From a virus: a DNA stretch of 37,793 bases. Of the stretch, positions 22,470 to 30,465 are shown piece after piece. The notes under the pieces were generated by a model. That model was not told the DNA's origin. It did no database searches and worked only from the letters and a program-made list of their open reading frames with translations. How positions within the stretch are numbered: the first letter of the stretch is position 1; each line of letters opens with the position of its first letter. The DNA lies in IMG/VR virus record IMGVR_UViG_3300028584_000490, positions 1 through 37,793 of that record. One strand, written 5' to 3'. A program made the position numbers and the translations under genes.

Positions 22470-25123
22470 CTGAGGCGCAAAAGAATTATCATGAGCGGCA
22501 GGCGGCGATGGAGGCTGCGAAGTTGGTATCCGAGCAAACGAGTATCGAGGTGGGATCGAAGTGTCGGGATGAGTATCTCAAGGATCAAGAGGGTTTGACG
22601 TGGATGCTGGAGCATAACCCTAAAAAGGTGCAAGAGTTTTTTCCGTTTTTGATGGATGCTCCTAAAGAGATTGCGCAGTGTGCGATCAAGCAGATCGGAT
22701 GGGTGCGGTATCACGACTCTATTTCGGTTATCAATCATTACCAAGGGGTTTTTAACTATCGCAAGGTACGTGAAAAATATGCGTTTGCCCGTGATGAAGA
22801 TGGATCGTTGCTGCGCGATGAGCAAGGGCATTTTATTAAGACCGGACGCGCAAAAGGTAAATGGATCGCTGGGCGTGGTGAGGCTACGGGTAAACCGTAT
22901 CCGCTGGAACTGTTCGAGATGGTCGATGATTTTGGTACAGTGGTCGTGTGTGAGGGTGAAAAAGATGCACTGAATCTTAATCTCTATGGCGTACCCGCTT
23001 TGACGCTTGGTGGTGTTGGTGAACGATGGGAGCCTCATAGTGAAGTTTTGCGCAGCCGCAACGTAATCCTATGGCATGACAACGATGCTGCGGGTGTCGG
23101 TGCGTCTGAGCGTGCGTTGGAAGTGTTGAGCAGTGTGTGTGAATCGGTGATGATCGTGGACTGGCGACGGCTGGATCCTAATGCTGCCAATAAAGCGGAT
23201 GTTACGGACTACTTGATCAATATCGGGCATATCGGGGCGGATGCGTTGTTGCGACGTTTGAAGAATAGCCGATACATGGTAAGCGTGACAAAAAAATGGG
23301 AGGATGTAGCGCACATGATGTTTTGCTCGTTACAGCCATTGCATTATGAGCGTGACGAAGAGCTGGGTGAGATGATGAAGATCTTTATCGATGCTCTCAA
23401 AAACGATAAAGAGTCCAATGCGTATAACAAGATCATGGATCGTGCGCATGGATTACTCAACAAATACCCTGAAAAAGCGGAAGCAGTGCGCCTCTCACGA
23501 CTCCCAGCCCCAAGCGAAGATGAAAAAGAGAAACTAGCAGAGTATGAAAAGATGCGTATCAAAGGGGTAGAACTCCTAGAGACAGCGTGTGAGGATGCGG
23601 TGTTGTATGAGTATTTTTCCAAGACGTTTATGGGGGAGATGCGCAAGCACGTAACAAGCGATGTCGTACTGCACTGGGATGAGTCATTTCGTGCGGTTGG
23701 GGTTGATTTTGTCCGTAATGGAAATGCGTATCTGTATTGGTGCGGGACACATTACAATCAAGCTACTGATACCCAGGTGAAAAATACCTTTAACCGATTT
23801 TTGGAGATGGCACGTATCAATCTCAAACAGCGTCTCAACTACGGGACGTTTAAACGTCCGGCGATGGACTCAATCCTGGATAATGCTTATTTTATCGATG
23901 ATGTTCAAACAAAGTGGGAGAAACACGCGGTGATCAACCACCAAGGTGGGACGATCCTCATCGATGAAGTGGGGAACGTGCAGCATAAAGCGCATGAGCG
24001 TGATGATTTTATGACCTATGTGCTGCCGTACAAATACGATCCTAGTGCCAAGATGCCCAAATGGCAGAAGTTTTTGGATCGTGTGATCCCTGATGAGTCT
24101 GTGCAGATGGTGTTACAAGAGTATGCCGGGTATTTGTTCAGTCCGTCGTATCTCCAAAAGTTTATCTTTTTGTACGGGATGGGGGCAAATGGTAAATCGG
24201 TGTTTATCAAAGTTCTTGCGTCACTGTTTGATGATGCCAATGTATCGTATCTCAAAGTCCAGGATATGTTCGACCACAACCTCGACGTTCTCAACGGTAA
24301 AAAACTCAACATCTCCAGCGAGCTGTCTGGAAATGCTACGCAAAAAGGGCAGATTGAAACCATCAAAGAGATCGCGGAGGGTGCGACTATCACGGTGAAC
24401 CCGAAGCATGAGAAGCCGTACAAAATCTATAACCCGCCAAAGCTGATGATGAGTGCAAATACGAAGCTCACGGGTGGTGGTCAAAACGACGGTCTGATCC
24501 GTCGTCTCATCATGATCCCGTTTGAGGTTCAGATCCCTGAGAAAGAGCGTAACAGCAATCTCCATAATGAGATCATCGAAGAGGAGATGAGTGGGGTGCT
24601 GAATTGGGCGGTTGAGGGGTTGATCCGTTTGACAAAAAACAAAGGGCAATTTACCCAAAGTGCAATCCTGGATCAAGTGACCGAAGAGTACCGCGAAGAG
24701 ACAGATCAAGTGTATAGCTATATCAAAGAGTGTTTTGGACAGTACGAAACAGCAGTGAATGAAGATGCTGTGCGACGTGTCCATGATGTCGCGTTGATAT
24801 ACAGTGAAAAAGCGGTGATGAGTACGAAGTATCTCTATATGCACTATCAGTTGTGGGCAAAAGAGAACGGTGTGTATGAGATGAAGCAGCAAAACTTTAC
24901 GAGCAAGCTGGCTGAAAAACTCAAAACAAAGTCGATCGATAAGCGGGTAAAAATCCTCAATGTTACGAAAGGATATGCAGCGGGTGAGCCTATGGTGCAA
25001 AGCTATGAATCAAAAGTAGTGAAATGTATCGTCGGGTTTAGGATCAATGGTGATATTAAAATCAGTGTAAACGGATTGAATGTATCGATGATGGAAACTA
25101 TACAACAAGGAGAAGAGTCATGA
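22466..25123 (+). CDS. Primase (Toprim) fused to a P4/D5-type replicative helicase (885 aa)
   Basis: Toprim motifs VVVCEGEKDALNL and ILWHDNDAAGV. P4/D5-family Walker A LYGMGANGKSVF and a C-terminal D5-like region. ATG 22466 forms an ATGA overlap with the MTase stop. Confidence 0.85.
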   Translation: MTEAQKNYHERQAAMEAAKLVSEQTSIEVGSKCRDEYLKDQEGLTWMLEHNPKKVQEFFPFLMDAPKEIAQCAIKQIGWVRYHDSISVINHYQGVFNYRKVREKYAFARDEDGSLLRDEQGHFIKTGRAKGKWIAGRGEATGKPYPLELFEMVDDFGTVVVCEGEKDALNLNLYGVPALTLGGVGERWEPHSEVLRSRNVILWHDNDAAGVGASERALEVLSSVCESVMIVDWRRLDPNAANKADVTDYLINIGHIGADALLRRLKNSRYMVSVTKKWEDVAHMMFCSLQPLHYERDEELGEMMKIFIDALKNDKESNAYNKIMDRAHGLLNKYPEKAEAVRLSRLPAPSEDEKEKLAEYEKMRIKGVELLETACEDAVLYEYFSKTFMGEMRKHVTSDVVLHWDESFRAVGVDFVRNGNAYLYWCGTHYNQATDTQVKNTFNRFLEMARINLKQRLNYGTFKRPAMDSILDNAYFIDDVQTKWEKHAVINHQGGTILIDEVGNVQHKAHERDDFMTYVLPYKYDPSAKMPKWQKFLDRVIPDESVQMVLQEYAGYLFSPSYLQKFIFLYGMGANGKSVFIKVLASLFDDANVSYLKVQDMFDHNLDVLNGKKLNISSELSGNATQKGQIETIKEIAEGATITVNPKHEKPYKIYNPPKLMMSANTKLTGGGQNDGLIRRLIMIPFEVQIPEKERNSNLHNEIIEEEMSGVLNWAVEGLIRLTKNKGQFTQSAILDQVTEEYREETDQVYSYIKECFGQYETAVNEDAVRRVHDVALIYSEKAVMSTKYLYMHYQLWAKENGVYEMKQQNFTSKLAEKLKTKSIDKRVKILNVTKGYAAGEPMVQSYESKVVKCIVGFRINGDIKISVNGLNVSMMETIQQGEES

Positions 25124-25620
25124 AAATCGGACACGTACAAAAACGAAGTTATAAAGCGGGTGAAGAGGTCAAGAGTTATTTGGAGATGATCGTGCGTCCT
25201 CCTATGATGGAGAGTGCTACGTTTACTGTTTCAGTGAACAAAGATAAGGTCAATGCTAATGAGCCGGATTTTAATATTTGGTACTCGTTTAATCGCAAGG
25301 GTGAGAAATATCCGTCTACTAAGGTGGGGGCATTGTGGAACAAGGTGAGCGATAAGGGGACAGAGTATAAAAATGGCTCAATCGAATGTCCGGCAGTACC
25401 AGGTGGGAAACTCAATATTTCTGTTTTTGCCACAAAGGTCAAAGAGGGTGAGGAGATCGATTGGTCGCACGATGTTTTGTGGTCTCCTCCAAGAGCGCAA
25501 GAGTCGGGAGGATATAGCGATGGCGGTTATGCTGCGCCCTATACTGGGAAGCCTATTGTTGAGATGGTCGATGCAAACGGGAATGTCGAAGTGATCCCCG
25601 AAGATGAAATCCCATTTTAG
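25120..25620 (+). CDS. DUF736-like protein with SSB-type acidic C-terminal tip (166 aa)
   Basis: IGHV...NEPDFNIW...VGALWNKVSDKGTEYKNGSIECPAVPGGKLNISVF...WSHDVLWSPPRAQE matches my recollection of the DUF736 pattern (IG.F...NAPDYRI...GAAWKK.S..G..Y.S...DP......A.L...W.RP). A Gly/Tyr-rich linker follows, then the terminal PEDEIPF, like the SSB DDDIPF tip. Confidence 0.55.
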   Translation: MKIGHVQKRSYKAGEEVKSYLEMIVRPPMMESATFTVSVNKDKVNANEPDFNIWYSFNRKGEKYPSTKVGALWNKVSDKGTEYKNGSIECPAVPGGKLNISVFATKVKEGEEIDWSHDVLWSPPRAQESGGYSDGGYAAPYTGKPIVEMVDANGNVEVIPEDEIPF

Positions 25621-25630
25621 GAGTTGAGTG

Positions 25631-25762
25631 ATGTTAAGTAATTGTTGGGAATGTGAGCTTTTTGTGTTGGGGATGGTGGCAGTTGGGTATTTGATCTTTG
25701 ATTATATCTCATGTAAACGACGAAAATGGGGTGAGAATACAAAGAAGTGGTGGAGACGATGA
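25631..25762 (+). CDS. Possible micro-protein (43 aa, one TM helix; MLSNCWECELFVLGMVAVGYLIFDYISCKRRKWGENTKKWWRR); not in ORF track
   Basis: Hand translation. It fills the gap after 25620, and its stop forms an ATGA overlap with ATG 25759 of the next gene. Confidence 0.35.
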   Translation: MLSNCWECELFVLGMVAVGYLIFDYISCKRRKWGENTKKWWRR

Positions 25763-26157
25763 AGCAAAGTTATCTATGGGGGCAAGTATTGCAAGTCTTT
25801 TTGCACTTGCTGGATAAAGAGGATAAGCGAAAATCCTACATCATCAAACTCAATGATGCTTTAAGTCGTGTGAACTATATGCCAAAGCGTGATAAATGTC
25901 CCGTCTATTTCAAAACAGCGGATATTGTAGAAAAAGCAGTGATCAAAACGTGGGACGAATTGCCCATTGATGCGTGTGTAACTATCAGCGCATTGTGTTG
26001 GCTCATCCTCAATCGTCACCGCGACGAGTTGCGTATGTACAAGCTCAATCGCAAACATTTTGAAGCGATGGTGGGCAATGGTGTAGCCGGGTATGCGATG
26101 GCAACTGCAAAAGTGTTGAATGTGTTGGAGAAAAATATAGCGGAGGCAATGGTATGA
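25759..26157 (+). CDS. Hypothetical early protein (132 aa)
   Basis: I prefer ATG 25759 (MKQSYLWGQ...) to the track's GTG 25747. No family recognised. Confidence 0.5.
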   Translation: MKQSYLWGQVLQVFLHLLDKEDKRKSYIIKLNDALSRVNYMPKRDKCPVYFKTADIVEKAVIKTWDELPIDACVTISALCWLILNRHRDELRMYKLNRKHFEAMVGNGVAGYAMATAKVLNVLEKNIAEAMV

Positions 26158-26804
26158 CGTATGTAAGATACTGTGCAGATATGAAGAAGTTTGAACAACA
26201 TCCTATGAGTGAAGTATATTTTAACATCATGCAAGGGATTGGAAACGATACCCAAGCCCCGCTCATAATCGAACCTAAAAAAGATCATCGCAAAGCGGCT
26301 GCGAGTTTGGACAATTTTATCAAAATTGCTGAGAGTTCTAAGCGCCGTCATTGTGTGCGTATATCCGAGACACTGCCAAAAAAGCCACGGGCTGTGAAGC
26401 CTCGAATATTAAAACACCTCCCCAACAGTTTGAAAAAAATATCCCTCAAAGATATGACACCCGAAGAGTTGAGATTGCACAAGAACGAGATAAAGAGAAA
26501 AAGTCTAGTACGTCGCAAGGAAGCGGGTACATTCAAGACATTGAGCGAAGAGCAGCGGGAGATCCAGCGCCAATATTCGAGAGATTACTACTGGAAGAAT
26601 CACGAAGTGCAGAGGGAGAAAGAACGCATACGCCGTCAAAACATGACAGAGGAACAAAAAGCCAAGATCAAAGAAGCGATGAGAACATGGCAAGAGGAGA
26701 ACCGAGAACACGTCAATGCGCAAGCACGAGAGTGGAAGCGAATCAATCGGGCAAAAAAGAGAGAGAGTATAAACAATACGTCACCATTACAAAAAGTAAG
26801 TTAA
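26154..26804 (+). CDS. Hypothetical highly basic protein (216 aa) with repeated R/K-x-Y/W-xxx-N-x-E motifs
   Basis: ATGA overlap upstream. The C-terminal half reads QRQYSRDYYWKNHEVQREKERIRRQN...MRTWQEENREHVNAQAREWKRINRAKKRE (three similar units), which supports this frame over the overlapping 26351..26869 frame. Confidence 0.55.
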   Translation: MTYVRYCADMKKFEQHPMSEVYFNIMQGIGNDTQAPLIIEPKKDHRKAAASLDNFIKIAESSKRRHCVRISETLPKKPRAVKPRILKHLPNSLKKISLKDMTPEELRLHKNEIKRKSLVRRKEAGTFKTLSEEQREIQRQYSRDYYWKNHEVQREKERIRRQNMTEEQKAKIKEAMRTWQEENREHVNAQAREWKRINRAKKRESINNTSPLQKVS

Positions 26805-26855
26805 CAGCGATGGTAGAGATGGCGTATATTCGTGGATTTAATGAAGGGGCTTGTA

Positions 26856-27080
26856 ATGAAATACAATGACTTGGAACTGTTTGAAGTAGATCAAGAGTGG
26901 CTGGACATCAAGAAAAAGTCCGAGAGTTTTAATAACTTTTGTGATTGGGCAATGGTACGCTTGCAAGTTCTTATTGAGGAGTCAATACTTGGTGATGATT
27001 GGTTCAGCTACGAGAACAAAGAGCTGCGTAAGTATCGCGAAAAAGCGATTGAATTTTATCGAAAGAAGAGGGGGAAGTGA
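26856..27080 (+). CDS. Hypothetical small protein (74 aa)
   Basis: I prefer ATG 26856 (MKYNDLELFEV...), which has SD GAAGGGG upstream. The track starts at 26832. Confidence 0.45.
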   Translation: MKYNDLELFEVDQEWLDIKKKSESFNNFCDWAMVRLQVLIEESILGDDWFSYENKELRKYREKAIEFYRKKRGK

Positions 27081-27508
27081 TGAACCAAACATCAAAAGAA
27101 ATGTTCGATGAGTTTATGATGGATGATGTAGGTGCCTTTGACCCAAGTAAATATAAAGGCGTTAGTAAACGTGCGCCACACGAAGATGCATATCAAAAAG
27201 CTATGGACATAGCGATAGGTGTGTTTACCAAAAATGATACTGGAAAGTTACGTTACGGACTTATCCCTCCGATAGCTGAAATGGAGATGGTAAAAGTCCT
27301 GACATTCGGTGCGCAAAAATACAGTCCTGATAACTGGAAAAATGTAGATGATCTAAGCCGATACGTCGACGCAGCATTGCGTCATATATCCGCTTATCGC
27401 ATAGGTGAACAAAACGATCAAGAGACAGGGCATCACCATTTAGCTCATGCGATGTGTTGTTTGAGTTTTATTGTTGATTTGGAATGTGTGATTGTGGTGA
27501 AAGAATAA
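27077..27508 (+). CDS. dATP/dGTP diphosphohydrolase N-terminal-domain-like protein (DUF5664-type, 143 aa)
   Basis: GKLRYGLIPPIAEMEMVKVLTFGAQKYSPDNWKN...YVDAALRHISAYRIGE..DQETGHHHLAHAMCCLSFI matches my recollection of this phage family's conserved blocks. Needs an HMM check. Confidence 0.5.
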   Translation: MMNQTSKEMFDEFMMDDVGAFDPSKYKGVSKRAPHEDAYQKAMDIAIGVFTKNDTGKLRYGLIPPIAEMEMVKVLTFGAQKYSPDNWKNVDDLSRYVDAALRHISAYRIGEQNDQETGHHHLAHAMCCLSFIVDLECVIVVKE

Positions 27509-28044
27509 TGGAAAAAAATCAAAAAATAGCACTTGATCTATGGTTGGGTACGGCTACGCTATTTAATGATTTTAAGCCATGCACGGATCGTGATTTGTGT
27601 ATTGAGCTGGGGCATCTCGATATAGAGGTCACGAAGTCTACTATCGCTAGGTGGAGAGAGAAGTTTGATTTTGCGGGACACTTGCAAAACAAGATCAGCG
27701 CGTCTATGGTAACGGATGCCACTACACGAGAACTGATCGCAAAATCCGCAAGTGATGCCGTGATCGAAAAGACAATCGTGGACATCGAGCGCAATGGTAA
27801 GTTATCCGGATTGGCATACTCAATCCTGGAAGCCAAAGCGGAGATGATCATGCTCAAATACGAAACGACAAAGATCGTCAGCGATAACGATGCGAAGATC
27901 GCTGTACAGATTGCACAACTCACTACGGGGCGAGAAGATAGGATGTTGGATCGTGCAGCGATGCTCGATACTGCCAAGATGATCAGCAAAGAGGATATAT
28001 TGGCGGGGTTTGATTCACTTGCGGTGGATGTGGAGATCGAATGA
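27508..28044 (+). CDS. Small terminase subunit candidate (178 aa)
   Basis: The call rests mainly on its position upstream of TerL. It has an N-terminal HTH-like segment (DIEVTKSTIARWREKF) and a helical middle. ATG 27508 overlaps the upstream stop (TAATG). Confidence 0.45.
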   Translation: MEKNQKIALDLWLGTATLFNDFKPCTDRDLCIELGHLDIEVTKSTIARWREKFDFAGHLQNKISASMVTDATTRELIAKSASDAVIEKTIVDIERNGKLSGLAYSILEAKAEMIMLKYETTKIVSDNDAKIAVQIAQLTTGREDRMLDRAAMLDTAKMISKEDILAGFDSLAVDVEIE

Positions 28045-28826
28045 AATACATCTCCATGCTATCGGGTGGTCAGGATAGTACCGCAATGACTCTAAAACTT
28101 TTAGAACTTGGTGAGCCAGTTGATTACATCGTATTTTCTGATACTGGCTTAGAGTTTGACGATATGTATGAATATATTGATAAGCTTGATTTATTTTTTC
28201 AGCGTAAATATGGAAAAAAGATTATTCGCTTACATCCAAAAAATGATTTTGAGTTTTGGACTTTTGGGGAAACAACAAAAGGCGAAAATATTGGGATGAT
28301 CCGAGGCACTCCAAGAGTTTCATTGCCGTGTTTTTGGAGAAGAGATGCCAAAGAATATCCACTAACTAGATGGCTCAAAGAAAATAATATTACAAAATTC
28401 ATAAAATATGTAGGCTACACGGCAAGCGAAACAAGCCGTGCAAATGGAATGGAGGAGTTTAATTACAAAGCCCCATTAATAGAATGGAACTGGACTGAAA
28501 GCGATGTACAAAAATATCTCAAAGATAATATGATGGAAAATAAACTCTATCAGCATTTTTCTCGTACTGGGTGTGCGGTATGTCCAAAACAAACTATCAA
28601 CGATAAGTATATGATATGGAAACGCTATAAAAAAGAGTGGGATTATATGGTGGACGTTGAAACAAGATTAAAGTTAGCAAGAAAAGCCAAGGGTGAGAAG
28701 CATAGCCCAGCGTGGCATGATTTATATTTTACAGATCAGCTTGAAAAAATGTTTATAAAAAAAGATCGGACACCGACTTTTGAATTTGAATTTGAAGCAG
28801 TACAAGACTGCTTTTGCAAGATATAG
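28041..28826 (+). CDS. PAPS-reductase/DndC-like PP-loop ATPase family protein (261 aa)
   Basis: N-terminal PP-loop SMLSGGQDSTAM. C-terminal SRTGCAVCPKQ (R-x-GC-xx-C) and terminal CFC. ATGA overlap with the upstream gene. The gene is AT-rich and GATC-poor relative to its neighbours. Confidence 0.7.
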   Translation: MKYISMLSGGQDSTAMTLKLLELGEPVDYIVFSDTGLEFDDMYEYIDKLDLFFQRKYGKKIIRLHPKNDFEFWTFGETTKGENIGMIRGTPRVSLPCFWRRDAKEYPLTRWLKENNITKFIKYVGYTASETSRANGMEEFNYKAPLIEWNWTESDVQKYLKDNMMENKLYQHFSRTGCAVCPKQTINDKYMIWKRYKKEWDYMVDVETRLKLARKAKGEKHSPAWHDLYFTDQLEKMFIKKDRTPTFEFEFEAVQDCFCKI

Positions 28827-28835
28827 GGAAATCGA

Positions 28836-30362
28836 ATGAGCGCATTACTAAAACCGCTGGATCAGCTCAAATTTGCTAAGTTTGTTACCCCTAACATATT
28901 TGAGAACGCTACTCCTAAACTGCATATCACGCTTTTGGATTTTCTAAACAAAGGGAGTCGATTTTCAGCAGTGATCCTCTCGCGTGGGTTTGGTAAATCT
29001 ACGCTGCTCAATAAGATCCATATCCTAAGCCGTATTTTCTTCAAGCATGAAAAATACACGATGATCGTGTCAGAGAATGAGGGTAAAGCTAAATCGTTTT
29101 TGCGTGACATTAAACGTATGATCGATGATGCTGCACTGCTGCGCCTGGATATACGGCGTGGTGCAATATGGAATGAGAAGATGATCGAGATCGTGGTCAA
29201 TGCCTCCTCTCCTGAGTTTGCGCACTTGCCTCCTGAAAAGCGTGGGTATCGTTGTGCAGTGGTAGCGTATGGAGCCGGTGAAGATCCGCGGGGGTATTTG
29301 TACGACAATAGCCGTCCTACATTTATTATATCCGACGATATTGAGTCGCGTGAGTTGGTAAAGAGCAAAGTGCAGCGTGAGAAGTTGGCAGAGTGGTTTT
29401 TCCAGGATCTCGTCCCCGCATTGCATCCGGAGGGTGAAATCCTCATTATCGGTACGATCATGCACGCAGAGCAGCTGATCAGTCGTATACGTGATAATCC
29501 TCAATGGGATACGATCACGCTTGGTTGTTATGATGAGAATGGTGAGTCCAGGTGGAAGAGTCGTTTTAGTAAAGAGGATCTCGAAGCGATACGGCATGGA
29601 TTTGAGGCGCAAGGGCTGTTTAATGCGTTTCCTAATGAATATCTGTGTATTCCGCAAAACGAAGCCAAGCAGCTATTCCAGCGTGACGATTATCGCTACT
29701 TTGAGCGCATACGATACAGCGATAAGGTGACGATCAAGAAGTTCAAAGATGCTAAGGGTGAGTATGATATTAAGATCTATGAACCTATTGCTATTGTGCT
29801 AAGTGATGGCAGTGAGATACCGTACATCGATTTGAAGATCTACACAACTATGGATTTGGCAAGTGATGGGAAAGATAGGACGTGTATTTTTACGGTGGGG
29901 TATGATACAGCTGGGAATGAATACAATTTGGATATTAGCAGCGGGCATTGGAATCCGTTTGAAAAGTCGATCCAGGCATTGCGGGTACAAGCACAGTTTC
30001 ACCCTATCCGGTTTGGGATCGAGAAAGCGGGTGCGCAAAACGATTTTTTCTACACCATCGATGTGGCGCAAAAAGAGTATGGTATCCGTATCCCCGTGGA
30101 TCCTCTCTCGCATGGCGGGGTGAATAAGAATATACGGATCTCGAATTTGCAGCCGAGTTATTTGGCTCGTAAGATCTATCATAACCGCAGTGACAAAAAC
30201 AATGCGATGTATGAAGCGCAGCTGGGGAATTTTAATATCGACATCCAAAGCAGTGTGGATGATATGATCGATGCCAGGGCGTATCAGCTGCAATATGTGG
30301 TCAATCGAAGTTTTGAAAATATCTACGTAGATGATAAATACAATGTAGGCGCATGGGAATAA
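28836..30362 (+). CDS. terL: Terminase large subunit
   Basis: Walker A VILSRGFGKSTL. Walker B-like TFIISDDIES. C-terminal nuclease-like region with acidic residues (TTMDLASDGKDRT). Size 508 aa. Confidence 0.85.
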   Translation: MSALLKPLDQLKFAKFVTPNIFENATPKLHITLLDFLNKGSRFSAVILSRGFGKSTLLNKIHILSRIFFKHEKYTMIVSENEGKAKSFLRDIKRMIDDAALLRLDIRRGAIWNEKMIEIVVNASSPEFAHLPPEKRGYRCAVVAYGAGEDPRGYLYDNSRPTFIISDDIESRELVKSKVQREKLAEWFFQDLVPALHPEGEILIIGTIMHAEQLISRIRDNPQWDTITLGCYDENGESRWKSRFSKEDLEAIRHGFEAQGLFNAFPNEYLCIPQNEAKQLFQRDDYRYFERIRYSDKVTIKKFKDAKGEYDIKIYEPIAIVLSDGSEIPYIDLKIYTTMDLASDGKDRTCIFTVGYDTAGNEYNLDISSGHWNPFEKSIQALRVQAQFHPIRFGIEKAGAQNDFFYTIDVAQKEYGIRIPVDPLSHGGVNKNIRISNLQPSYLARKIYHNRSDKNNAMYEAQLGNFNIDIQSSVDDMIDARAYQLQYVVNRSFENIYVDDKYNVGAWE

Positions 30363-30465
30363 TACTTATATAGTATTATTTTAGTGTTAAATAGTATTAA
30401 AACAATAGTAAACTTTAAGTTTTGTATGATTATAATGCCTTTTAGAATTATACAAGGGGTTTACG

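Noticed and set aside
22430-25000. Antisense ORFs within the primase-helicase gene (22430..23038 - 202 aa, 23069..23314 -, 23344..23646 -, 24016..24423 -, 24221..25000 - 259 aa) and sense alternate frames (22656..22973, 24093..24398)
   Set aside because: They are contained in a gene with Toprim and Walker A motifs. The compositions are not protein-like, and there are no start-site signals.
26351-26869. 172-aa alternate-frame ORF overlapping 26154..26804
   Set aside because: The 26154 frame shows a thrice-repeated basic motif and is ATGA-coupled upstream. The alternate frame is R/E/S-rich low complexity for most of its length. Only its last ~20 codons (MVEMAYIRGFNEGACNEIQ, 26810-26869) cover an otherwise non-coding gap, which is too short to support a call. 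A frameshift product cannot be excluded without ribosome profiling.
28862-30293. Antisense ORFs within TerL (28862..29461 -, 29070..29657 -, 29799..30293 -) and alternate frames (29491..29730, 29863..30123)
   Set aside because: These are shadow ORFs of a well-supported terminase gene.
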